This document shows positions 1-12,659 of a stretch of 64,000 nt of DNA, piece by piece; the stretch's first letter is position 1, and each line of letters begins with the position of its first letter. The notes beneath the pieces were generated by a model, which was not told the origin of the DNA, did no database searches, and saw only the letters and a list, made by a program, of their open reading frames with translations. The stretch is from Intoshia linei (lineage: Eukaryota; Animalia; Orthonectida). Position numbers and translations under genes: made by a program. The DNA lies in NCBI GenBank assembly GCA_001642005.1, contig LWCA01000048.1, forward strand, positions 3,285 to 67,284, read 5' to 3'.

Positions 1-944
1 CAAATCTAACAGAATGTCGCATTCATCGAGTAGGTCCATTTGGTGAGACATGAGATTTAGTAGGACAGCATAATATTGTGCAGAATGTGGTGCATCTTGT
101 CCTTCTATATTTAGTGTAACTTGAGTTTTGTTGTCTTTTATCTGTATATGTTTATCAATAGTGTCTTGCTTGTAATCCTCCAAGTTGACTGAATCTATAT
201 TTTCCTGAAAAATGCCAATAAAAACATTTTGAATGATAAAAAATCCCACAAATATCCACGTTAAAATAAATATGGTTGATTGAACATAGTTTTCACCTTG
301 CTGGAGTTGTTTGTGAAATTTATCCCAATCATCCAGTGTAAACAATTTAAATAATTGTATGGCACCGGTGTAAAGTCCCGTAAAGGTTGTTTTAGTTTTG
401 AAGAAATGTACCCCTAAAAGATCAAATATGTACCCAAACAATAGTAGCATGAGTAGAACAATCAAAACTTCTTTCATTGCTCTGAAGGTTGCGCTGCTCA
501 ATGTAACTAATGTTTTTGAATATGAAATGAGACTGATTACACGGAATACCTTTATGCTTTGAAGGAATGTTAAAAATATGCGTAATGATGAATATGTCTC
601 GTTTATGGATGTTTTGGTTTTATATTGATCTAATTGAATTTCACAATTATTTTGGGTTGTGTTGTTTTCAACAATAGAGTCTACATAAAATTGGATAAAC
701 ATTGATGCAAAAGATGCAATTATTAGTAGTATTTCAGCCAAAATTGGTAAGTTTATGCAAACTCTTTTTTTTATATATATTTGCGCGACAACCCTGTCCA
801 AAAATGCCAATGCCAGAAGTGTCAATTCGATGTAGTGCATTGAATTTCCATTTTTTATTTTATCATTTTTCCGATGAGATATGCTATCTGTTTGATAACT
901 TAATATCAATATGGTAAAAATCATTAGCCCCATTGATAGGTATC
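1..944 (-). CDS. CatSper-alpha-like single-repeat 6TM cation channel (partial; runs off the window start, 5' exon unresolved)
   Basis: Open frame from an AG acceptor at ~944 down to base 1. S1 YLSMGLMIFTILILSYQTD; S4 LRIFLTFLQSIKVFRVISLIS; S5 EVLIVLLMLLLFGYIFDLLGVHFF; pore IQLFKLFTLDDWD (CatSper-type TxDxW filter); S6 IFILTWIFVGFFIIQNVFIGIFQENI. Confidence 0.8.
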
Positions 945-1321
945 TAATATATTATTATATTATTTTTAAATTTTAAATATTTTATAACCATATCAAGATT
1001 TGAAATGAGTGCTTTACTGTAGTAATCAGGATGTAAACTACCGTACCCGATAGTCTCTGGAAGAGAGTCTCTTCGGAAACGTCATTTTTCAAAATGAGCA
1101 TTTAACCCTTTACTACTCGCGCATGGACATTTTATTTTTGTTCATATCAACCATTTTGTGTAAAAAATTTAAACTGTCAATCTCAGACCCATGGAAAGGT
1201 GAATATGGGTAAATGGCATTACACATCACTAGTGATTGTGCCCAGAAAAAACCGGGACGAAATTTCCGTGTTGTCCCGAAAATTGTTTTATCCTACAGTT
1301 CATGGAAACTATGCCATATAC

Positions 1322-1511
1322 CAGTGGTTTTCAACCTTTTTGTGTTTGCGACCCCCTTATAAGCATAAAAAGTTTTCGCAACTCTTAAATTTACTATATA
1401 CTCCAAACATCTTATCAATTTACATAAATGAAAATATTAAAAAAGCATATTCAGTTTTATTTATATTTCATACTGTGTTCAAATTCTCACGACCCCCGGT
1501 TGAAAACCACT
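1322..1511. mobile_element. hAT-like MITE (same family as 43946-44138)
   Basis: TIR CAGTGGTTTTCAACC...GGTTGAAAACCACT; the internal sequence closely matches 43946-44138. Confidence 0.8.
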
Positions 1512-2269
1512 TTTCACTAAATAAGTCACTTTTTCATAATTAACGCCATATTTTCAAATCTTTAAGATTTTTTTTCAAAACTAAAATCAATTTTATTTTT
1601 TGGTTACTGATCACGGGTGCCAGACTCAATTTGGTTGGCGGGCTAAATGTTTATTGCATTATGGTTATTGCGTTATAATGAATATTTATCAATAACCAAG
1701 AAAATAAAACTAAATTTAGTTTTAAAAAAACGACTTTATGTAGTGAAAATGTCTATATCTAAAAATTAAATATAACTAATTGGAGTGATATAATAGAGGA
1801 TTTTATTATACGATAATAATGGTAGACTTAAGAAATTTTCCAACATTACCTATTAATAAACTTAAAAAGTAGACCCTCATGATTGTACGTCAGGGCTATA
1901 TGCCTTCTTAACTTCTCTCTATGACCCTAAGATGACCATTTTTTGTTGGCGACACATATTTTAATCTCAAAAAATTTCGCAACACACCAATCAAAAAAAT
2001 AAACGATAGATTAATAAATATAGTTGAACCAATTTTTTTCGAATAATAATTTGAAAATTAGGTATGTAAAATTTATCATTATCACTAAAAACATCTTTGA
2101 TTTGCATTTTTACGTCTTCCAATTGTATTGTCTGCTAATGGAATTTAAAAAAAACCGGTTGGAAAGCACAGATGTATATTAACTGGAAAACGCTGTATCA
2201 GCCATGATTTTTTTAAATTCTAAGATTATACTCTAAATTAGACTTGTAGAATTATATTTATCACAAAAT

Positions 2270-2531
2270 TGTTTTTAAAATGCTTTAAACAAATGTTAAC
2301 AAAGTAAAATTAAATGGTAATAATTAAGTTTAAATTAAAATATAATGTGAGATGACTGGTCCGTGGTAAATAGAGTTTGGAAATCACTCTTTTAACAGAT
2401 TGATAATAGTGAATAATATCATTTTTAAGTTAGTTTTTCTTATTAAATTTATTTTTTTGGTAAAATAAAAAATATCCGCCCTCGGCAGAGCTAGGTGCTG
2501 TTTAGCTTACATAACATAACAGTCAACCTAG
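2270..2531 (+). mobile_element. Helitron 3'-end fragment
   Basis: Matches the reverse complement of 56804-57070; ends with a degenerate hairpin followed by CAACCTAG|T. Confidence 0.65.
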
Positions 2532-3121
2532 TTCAATGATATAATAAACATGTTCCATTTAAATTTTTATAATAAGTTTAAATCAGTATTTAGCGATTCA
2601 AATAGTGTACGGATTCCCATTTCAAAATATTTATTTTTTTTGGATTCCAAAGGAAACATCAAATATAAAACATTCATAAAAAATTTATAATATGCATACA
2701 GCTATATTGACATAATAATATTAATTAATTTAAAAAAATCATTACTTCAAGTAATCTAATAAGTGATCTGCAAATAATGTTATTATTAATGCATTACAAT
2801 ATAAATCTTATGTTATAAGCCAGGAGCTCCCACACTTTTATCATAGCGGGTATGTAATAAATTATAAAATTTATCGCGGACCATTAAAGCAAAATTACTA
2901 GGCGATATTACTAAAAATTTTTCATGACTGGAGGATTTTCAATACTATTTCGGGCTATAACTGTACTAAGTTTACTAACCGATTCTACTTTTTTGACATG
3001 TACGACGGTGTGATCATTCGTCAAAATTTTTACACTTTATCATGGGTACACTGATGTAAAACTATGAGAATCGCTTACTACGATGCACATTTAAAGTAAT
3101 ATGATATATTAATAAATGACA

Positions 3122-3518
3122 TTACTTGTAATATTTAAATTCACAATATTTGACAATTAATCTCATAATTTTGCTTATGCGTGTAATTCCATCTTTATGA
3201 GTACAATTTGTCACATTTAAACTTCCTTTGACATTATTAAATTCAAACAAGCTTTTTGAATTTAAATTATACTTGTGTACGTCATCTTCGTTTACGTTAC
3301 CATTTTTTGTATTTTCAACGCAATCGACAAAATCTTTATACTTTTGCATTGAATTGAATTCATCTATTTTGTAAAATTAAAATTTTAAATATTTTACCTT
3401 CAATAATATTTGACTCATTTTCAATTTCAAATAGTTCAAATAATTTAAATTGAAAGTATTTCCCCTTCTTTGAAACGGGATAGTTTTTTAAATCAGATAA
3501 AGTCAAATCGTTTTTCAT
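3122..3518 (-). CDS. Orphan ~120-aa protein, two exons
   Basis: ATG at 3518 (MKNDLTLSDLKNYPVSKKGKYF...IIE). A 34-nt GT-AG intron (3364-3397) joins in frame to DEFNSMQKYKDF...FKYYK*. No recognisable domain. Confidence 0.5.
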
Positions 3519-3767
3519 TATTAACGCAAATGCATATAAAACAGTACTACGGAAATTAATTTTATTATTTTACATTTTATATAACAAATCATAAATAATT
3601 ATGAATATTATTAACATTTAATAATTCCATTTATATATATGATTCCTAATTTCATTTTTAAATTTGAGAAAATAATATATCAAATAATTAGTCATAAATT
3701 CAATAGTTTAATATTTAATATCATTTATAAATCAGTAAAAGCTGACTGCAATAACAGGTTAACTTAA

Positions 3768-5402
3768 CCCGTTAGTGGTCGCGCTTTTTAATAACATAAA
3801 CGCTCGTAGACGCGAAAAAGTGATAGATTTTTATGAATAAAAAATGTGCCACGAATCAATAAAACATGTTAGTTTGCATGATTTCATTGTTTTAATAGGG
3901 TTGTTTTTAGAACATTTTTTACAAATAAATGAATGCTGATTGTTTGAAACGCATACTTGTACGGTTTTTTAACACTGAAAATTTTAGTGAAATTACAAAA
4001 ATAATATCTTCGCCGTTTTGAACAGGTAACAAGTCTAAAAAAATAAATTAATTTTTTATCCTTACTTATACATGCTAATAATATGATATGCAATATTTAT
4101 TTGTGTGAGTGTGTGTTACGGTTTATTTCAGTAACTACCAGTCTTAGAATTTTATAAAGTCCACATTTCAATTACAGTTTTGTCCAGGGGTGTTAGCAAA
4201 ATAAATTCCAACCTCCCAAACTGACCTATTACGGGTCAAAAAGCCGAATTCTCCTTTTTTTTTGAAAATCAAACGAGTTCGAGAATTTAAAAATCATATA
4301 TACTCTGATACGGATTTTAAAATCATAAACATTAGCATAAATTTAAATTGAAAAAAATATACCTTCAGGGTCAAAACCACAAATTACCCTTTTTTTATGA
4401 AAACAGCCATATAATTTAAAAAACCTACATTTGTACAGTTGTATCCTGTTAATACAATCAAAAAATTTCAATCTGAATAAATGACGACTTCTCGGTCAAA
4501 AAAGCACTTTAGTATTCATATATTTTTTTTCCGAAATATTTTATTAAAACAAAAAATGTAAAATAATTAACGGTTCGAAAATTAAAAAAATAAATTATTC
4601 TGATAGAGCTTATTCCAGTTAATATAAAAACAAAATTTCAACCCCAGAAATTTACGCATTCCCGGTGAAAAATAATTGTTAATATATTATCAACCAATAT
4701 TTTCAAATATAAAAATTCGAAATAAAAATTAAAAATGTAAATATTGATCCTACAATTTCAAAAAAACAGTGCATTTAACCTCTACACATTTCCAATAAAG
4801 AAATATGGGTGACAATCTATTTAATTCATTCCTTCGCAATTTTTAAATATCAAATTCTCATTTCCAAAATATTTTGTTTCAAATTTACATTTAAACTACA
4901 ACAACGATTGCTAAAAGTAATACAACTTTGTTATTATATTTTTTTATATTTATTACACTTCTTTGCAATATTGGTAAAATTCACCTGAAATGTTTATAAT
5001 GTTTATAAAATGTTGATTCCGTTAATTATTGATACTGAATATATATTATCACATTGAAAATGACAAAATAGGTTTTTATAATTTTATTTTTTCTGGAATT
5101 TATGCTATTTTGACAAAATTTTTAATGAGTGTTTTTACTTTATTGTTAAGATTATACAACTCATTCTGTCTAATAAATTACACTGTTTTTATTTTATTTT
5201 TAATATACCAAAAAATATGCTATTTTCCAGAAGAATACCTGTAAAACGGTACTACTCAACGTAAAACACCATAAAAAATTTCATGGGACATATTTATAAT
5301 TTATTTTATAGCTCATATGATATAAATGCTGCAAATTTATATGCTGACTAAATTTTATTGAATGAAATCGTCCATAAAATGGACACTGCGAGCTCTAAAG
5401 GG
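3768..5402. mobile_element. piggyBac-like non-autonomous element carrying a nested Helitron copy
   Basis: TTAA|CCCGTTAGTGGTCGCG ... TGCGAGCTCTAAAGGG|TTAA: imperfect CCC-starting TIRs with TTAA on both flanks. A similar end, TTAA|CCCTTTACTACTCGCG, occurs at 1102. Confidence 0.6.
4059..4985 (+). mobile_element. Non-autonomous Helitron copy (5' portion)
   Basis: Starts A|TCCTTACTTATA...TGTGTGTTACG; collinear with the copies at 20201, 31910, 53824 and the reverse complement of 57290-57903. Confidence 0.75.
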
Positions 5403-6140
5403 TTAAAAGTTATGTATTATTGTTAATAAAAGTCATCGCTCTGAAATAAAATAAATATTAATGCGACACATTTGAATACAGCTACAAAATACAGTATTAG
5501 ATATTAGTAAATAAGTCCCAATGGAATCCATAGTATAAACGACTAATGTACTCATATACGACGGATTACATGGAAAATGTAAATATGACTGAGTCGAAAT
5601 TTACGAGTCATTTATCGATGTAAGAACGCAAGTATTGATTAGTTGTGTCTATTTCTATGGAGCATTGCGCTAAATTTGCTACATCTTGTAATTTTCGGTA
5701 ATACTATTGTGTATAACGCTATCCATAATCGATCTCGAAGACACAAATATTCCTCTACTAAAAAGTTGTCAATAAAGCTACATTTAATTGATCGATTTGA
5801 AAAATTTTATACATATCGTGCGATGATTAAACTTCCTTTTACTTTCAACAGACTGAATGACTGGGCGAAAAGATCGGTATTATATCAAGATATATTTGTG
5901 CTAATGCATTGTGAATGAAATTAACTAACCTACTTGATCAAGCTTGCAAAAACTAATTCCTTGTAAATATTTCACAGACATGCATGGCACAAATACTGTT
6001 TTTGTTCATTTTTCATTTAAGTTTAGTCAATCAAATATAAAAATAGCTTAAAGCCATCAAATAGCCATAGTGGTTCAGATTCTCTTAATTATGACATAAA
6101 TAAGGTGAAAACTAGTGATTACAGCAGCACTACCTCTAAA

Positions 6141-9100
6141 ATGTCAAATGGAAATGGTGCTGTTTCTGACAAATCCAAAGTATCGTCATCAGATTCAAAT
6201 TCCAAAAAATGTAAAATATATACCTGTCGCATTACTTTACTGAACGAATTTAGCGAAACTATTCAACTAAAGGTATTCACTTTTTTATGTTTATTTTGCG
6301 TCTTTACTAATAATTATAATTGGTAGACTAAAATTAATATCTTGTACATTATTGTTTAACGTTATTATTGTTCATGTGTATTACAATTTAATTTTAATGT
6401 GTTTTTAGAACTATTCATTTAGTAAATATTTTTTTAGAGTAATGTTTAATAATATATTAATGGTTTTGTATTTAGGTTCACAAAAGTCATCAAATTCTAG
6501 GAGAACTAGTGTTTAAAACACTTTGTTCTCAGTTAAATATTGTTGAAAAGGAATTTTTCCAATTAACATATAATAAAAATGGAAATCAAGTAATTTTATC
6601 TAAAAATCATAATTTCGTTCTAATATTCGAATAAATCAGCTAATACCATTTTCAGCAGAGCCGTTTTAAGGCATGGGCAATATAGGCTGTAGCCCAGGGT
6701 CACTCATTAATAAAAGTACTTTACATTTATATCTTAAAAAGAGGCCCAATTTCTTTCAATGGTGACTGCATGGTGCATATTTTCAAATGAAAAAGTAAAC
6801 TTTGTTCATTAATTATAAGTAAGTTTTTGTAAAAGAAATAAAAGTTACTAAAAACCTACATAATATCTTTTAATGATTTTATTAATACTCAATGAAATAA
6901 GACTCTAAGTCTCCAACCAACAGTATGCCCTGTTTTCTAAAAATGGACCCTAAATTTTTTTTTTATAGCTTTGCACAAAACTTTAAAGGCCTCCGGTTCT
7001 TTGATAGCTCAGAGCCACGAAGTGGCTTAAGACGGCTCTGATTTTGAGTGAATGATATCATTGCATATCAATAATGATAATTATCGTTCGGTTGGTGGCG
7101 GTTCATAAATAGATAATAAGATGAGACATACTAGTCAATGCAACTTTTTACCACGATAGGATTGCAATTTAAATTTCAAGTTTTTTTTGGGTAAAATATT
7201 ATATTTAGAGACATATGTGAGAACCTGATAAAAATAATTTGTATCACCCGGTATCTCAAAAAATTGGAGATAGCAATCATTGTCACCATGAGAAATCTTA
7301 TTTGTGAAATTTTTACTTTATTACTCGGAAAATCATAGATATTGCAGATACTATATGTGTTTCTCAAGAGACCGCTACGAAAATTGGTGAAAACCAAAAT
7401 AACATTCTTTTCATGAACTTAGTCAATGTTTTCAAAAATTTTTAAATTGAAATGGACAATTTTAGAGATTGTTGTTTTTATAAAAAATTGGTATCGTTGA
7501 CTTTTCTATTAAGTTGTATTTATAACTTTAAAGGTAAATACTACATCAAAAAATCACATTTTTGTACAATACTATTTTTGAAAAAATAGTGAGATTCGTT
7601 AATTGAAAATGCTTGAACAAAACACTTACAAAGCCTTGGAATGTCTGTAAAAAACTTTTTTAGGAAGTGGTGATTCGGTCGTTTCAAGTTTGAAAACTAC
7701 TGGGTTATAGGTTTATGGGTTTATTAATTATTTCAAATTTTTTTATTATATGCTTATTTATAATTTAAATGAAACAATAATTATACAATTTAGGTCCCGT
7801 TAAACTTAGACAAACCACTGTTCAAACAAGTTCCAAGTAATTTTTTGTTAAATTCAATAGCACTCCCATTATTCACCAAAATTTTGTTTAAAAATAAATC
7901 TATAAAATATTTTCATATTTTGGTCACTCTGTAATTAAAATAAATTTATAATTGTGGAATGAAATATATTGTTTTTGTATAGGTGTAAATATATAAAATA
8001 ATATTAAAAATATTGTTTTGAATTTGATCCTTATTTCTGTTATAATTGAATACTTATTCAATGGTTTTTATCTTGGTTCGGGACCATGGAGAACCAAGTG
8101 TGGACCATTTCAAGTGAAAATTGTAGACACTATATAAAAAATGAAATATTATATTTCTTTATCCATTAGAGTTCTGCATGGGATAATGTTGAGGTGATGT
8201 GTACGAACGAAACAAAATTTTTTGTCTGAAACACGATCCGAAGTTCCTGTTCGGATCCTGTCGCAGAATTCTACTATCGATTGCCTAATGCGGTAGCTGT
8301 CGAACTTTTTTTAGTGTTACCCTGCAAGTAGAGCTTCCAATTTAATTTTGATTTCGAATTAATTCGTTATTTAATTGCAAGAATAAAATTTTTTCATTGT
8401 ACCCTAAGAATACAATTTTACCTATTCATTTAGAATGGTAGATTCCATCATATAGACTCTAGCCCCTCTACACGGCCCTATCGGCATATTTTAGGATTCA
8501 TATAAAAATTATAATCATAAATTATGGTTTAAGAATATAAAAAAATTGTTTCTGGACACCTCAAAATCTAAGCAGACACAGACTGGTATCTGCTGTGTTC
8601 AGTAGAAAAGATTATAAGTCTTGTTTTAATGCAGGGGTTCTCAACCTTTTAAAACCAACACTCCATTACAAAATAATTCATAAATTCTAATTCAACTGAT
8701 AAAATGAACTGTAATTTTTATAAAATCAATAATAATGAAAAAAAGGTAAATAATTTGTATTTATTTCCATGTGATCCTCGCCTAGTGATTGAGTGCTAAC
8801 TCTTTAATTTTTGGTTTTATGCTGTTAATTTAATAACGATATCTGCCTTTGACATGTGTTAATTTTGTTTCTATCTTTACTTAATATTTTCTTTACAGAA
8901 CTGAATCCACTTTTAACCATGTTAAAATGTAGATGTTAAAAAAACAATAATATCCTTGTCATTTCAGAATGCATCAGTGAATAAAGACATTTTAAAGGCT
9001 CTCACCCCCATAATGCAAAATACATCAGGTCCTAATTTTTTAATCAATATCAAAAATAACATATTTTATATTTTTAATAATATTGGTTGCAGCGCCCCTA

Positions 9101-10805
9101 AATTTTGAAAACTCCCCTGGGGCGCTAACGCCTAGGTTGAGAACCACTGGTTTAATGAATAGACTTTGTAGCGTCTAATATAATTTTTTTACTTCCAAAA
9201 ATGACCATTGCTATAAACGGTGCGACCCATGATGTAGATAATTATATGATTATTTTTGATATTAAATGTTAATATAATATTATGGAAATGTTTTTTTAAC
9301 ATTCAAGTCAATAAAATTAACAGGTCAGGTATATACTTTAGATAAAAATGACCCTAGTGATTATATACATTTTGATGTATTGATTTTAGAAGATAAATTG
9401 GTTTTTAATTTCGAAACACGCTTTTACTCATTACACCCTGATTTGCTAAAAAAGGACATTACAAGATATTATCTGTGTCAACAAGTAAGAAGAGATATTC
9501 TATTATCAAAGTAATATAATTACAATACCCTTTCAATAATATTTTAGATTTAAATGTTCTTTTGATATTCATGTTTTACTGGGAGCTTTAACTGTACAGG
9601 CCGATATTGGAGAATTTGATGTAGAAAAGCATTATAACACTGATTATATGAAAAACGACTATTTGTTCTGTCCAAATCAGACAAATAAATTATTGGAAAA
9701 TATACGAAAATTACACGAAAAAATTAGTCATTTATCTCCCGCTGAAGCTGATTTGCAATATTTACAAAATGCCAGTAAACTACCTAGATATGGAGAATTT
9801 AGTTATTCTTCAAAATCTAAAAACGGCCAAATTTTATCTATTGGGATATCTGCTGTGGGTATCTGTATTTATATCAATTCTCTACGAATACAAAGATATA
9901 TATGGGCGAGAATACTCATCATATCGTTTAGCAAAAATGTATTGTATATAAAATTAAGATCTATCAAGGGTGAATCTGTCAAGACAGATTCATACAAATT
10001 CAAAAATAGAGAGTCAACAAAACTGATTTGGAAAATAGCTGCAGATCACCACACATTTTTCCGGTTGGGTTACGGAGATAAAGATTCGAAATTTAGAACA
10101 TTTGGACTTTTCAAGAGTAGACATCGATTTTCAGGTCGAACGTATGATAAATGCATGTCAATGTCCTATATGCACCAAAAAGATACTCCTAATTTTAAAA
10201 GAACACCGTCAACTAAATTCAAAGAAAAATACAATACAGATAGATCAGAAATGTACACGACTAGAAACGATTCTGTCGTTTTGGATGAATATGTTGCTCC
10301 AGTAGCTTACAATGAGGATATAACATTAACTGATTCAATGAACAGTTTATTTCGCATAGCTTTTTTATATTATTTTTAGAAGAAATTTTGGATGACCAAA
10401 TTAATGTAACCAACGACAAAACAGATTCAAATGATGCACATAAAACTGGAGATTGGGATTCAACCGCGGAAATTTCAAGAAATGGAAAAAATTTGAAAGT
10501 AAATCAATTGTATGTAACAGATTCGAGGGCTTTAGATGCTCTTAAAGTAATTTTTTTATAATCAGATTTTTAATTTTATTAGCACCAAAACCTTTCAAAT
10601 GATAAATATGAAGACCACATAGTATCTAAAGTTCGTGATGACGACGAAATTGATTATGATTTGGTATGCAATGTATGATTTATTTTAAAATGTATTTTAG
10701 GCACTTTGTGAGGCCATAAAATCTGTTACAAATATGGATACTAATTACTCTATCGACAAAATTATATTAAAGCCTGAATCCAAAACAAACGACACACTTG
10801 TTTAA
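6141..10805 (+). CDS. cora: Protein 4.1 / coracle (FERM, FERM-adjacent and 4.1 C-terminal domains), multi-exon
   Basis: Exons ~6141-6271, 6476-6589, 7794-7836, 9390-9510, 9549-10344, 10380-10546, 10582-10663, 10701-10805. FERM motifs DITRYYLCQQVRRDI, LSPAEADLQYLQNASKLPRYG, KLIWKIAADHHTFFRL; FA motif SRHRFSGRT; CTD DDDEIDYDLALCEAIKSVTNMD. Confidence 0.9.
6656..7040. mobile_element. hAT-like MITE in a protein 4.1 intron
   Basis: TIR CAGAGCCGTTTTAAG / CTTAAGACGGCTCTG; 8-bp flanks ATTTTCAG/ATTTTGAG. A partial inverted copy lies at ~14965-15080. Confidence 0.75.
8632..9149. mobile_element. hAT-like MITE
   Basis: TIR CAGGGGTTCTCAACCT / AGGTTGAGAACCACTG; 8-bp flanks TTTTAATG/GTTTAATG. Confidence 0.8.
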
Positions 10806-12659
10806 ATTTTAGTTATTTATTTTAATTAAATATTCAATTAAAAAATTTTAGAAAATATCACCGTTTATGTGTCGCTTATTATTTACCTTTGAAATACAAT
10901 TCTTTCAGTGCATTTATTTTGATGGGCGAAATTTTATATCATTTAATTTGAATATTGATTCAAGTTATATTATAATCGACATCTGTTTGTACATTTCCTT
11001 TACCCGTGGTTATCAAGTTGGTATAGTTATCAACCTAAAAAATTAAAAATCCCTTCGGTTTATCAGTTAGGAAAGCATGTTAATAGTTAGTCAAAATCAG
11101 AAAAATAAAATTATGCGTTCACCATAAATGAGTTTTAACAACCGGAAGAAAAAATGGGTATATTTTAATCTATATAAATTGAATATCCAAGTGTATTATA
11201 TTTTTTCAATTTAATCAAACATTTGTAATATTTTTGCTTTATAAAAAATGTAAATATAATGCAAAATTCTTATTTATCCCAAGATTTAACAAATAGTACA
11301 TAATCAATATCATTGTAATTAACTACATTGTATTTGTCATTATTTAAATATTTTCTAATTTCAGGTCAGTAAACTACGATTCTAACACTGAAATGTATTT
11401 GAGAAATCATTTTTGTTTACTGATCATATCGCAAAAATCTCTACATGTAGTTACTCTTGACTCTTTAAAATATTTTTCATTTTTTCAACACTATTAACTG
11501 CTAATTAATTAATTAAATTCCAGTTAATATATGAAAATGACATACTGTGGTAATGGCTAGATTCTAAAACAATAATTACAATATTCTGAAGCCATACAGT
11601 TTATATAACGTTTTTGTGTGTTCTGTAATAGATAGTATCAAAATAGTATATTATAGTTAACATCACCAAAACTTAAAAAAATGGATTATGTCAGAAATAA
11701 AGGGTAAATCCATACCAATCAAACTATAACTCATTTCTTCGTACTGTTAATTATTTATATTAGGTATATTACTTAATTTATATAAGGTTAACATTGATTT
11801 TTTACTTTGATCGGGTTTAGTAACAGTATTGCATAAAGAATAAAAAATCTTTGACCATATTCTACTTAAGTATAGGTGTAATTTCGATTTCGTTTCCATA
11901 AAAATATAGAAAATCTATATTTAGTACACAAAGCGGACATTTGGAACGCAGACATTAGTGATTCCGCTATTTTTATGGTGATTTCAGTGGCATAATTGTA
12001 TTCAATTGGTATAAACTAAATTTGAAATGAAAATTATCATTGAAAATTTAATCCACTGTATTCACACACGTGATTTCAAAAATGAAATTAATTATTAAAA
12101 ATATATACTTACCAACACTATTCAACCGTTTTAATTTCATTTTTTTTAACGTTTAACTTTTAATTTTTAATTTTAGGTTTGGTTAAAACCGAAACTACTT
12201 TTGTAAATGTGTACGGGACTGAAGACCAGAGTTATAATTGAAAATTTTTTAATTTTTATTAGTACTCCAACATTGAATACTGTATTCGAGTCCAAAAAAT
12301 TAAATTAAAAAATTATTTTCCAACTTCAATTTGTGTCCGTTTTTCTAGTTTACAAGAAGTTTCTGTTAAAAAGTAAAATTTTCTTCACATTTGAATTTTT
12401 TGAACCCAATTCGTTTATGATTAATGTAGGAGTCAAAAAAATATTATATATCTTATGTTCTTTGATCAATTGTATCACGGGTTAATAAACAAGCGTTGGA
12501 GGACCATATTTTGCCCATATGTGGCCTACGATGACCCTGTTATGAATATATTATGTAAAATTTCATGTAAATTGTACTATATTCGACTATACATCTGCAT
12601 TTTATAGTAATGATAAAAGAAAAGCAACATTTCACTATAAATCACTGCATTTTTTATTT

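Noticed and set aside
702-917. Plus-strand 71-aa ORF
   Set aside because: Antisense shadow of the channel exon.
1199-1543. 114-aa ORF
   Set aside because: Runs through a hAT MITE; no protein features.
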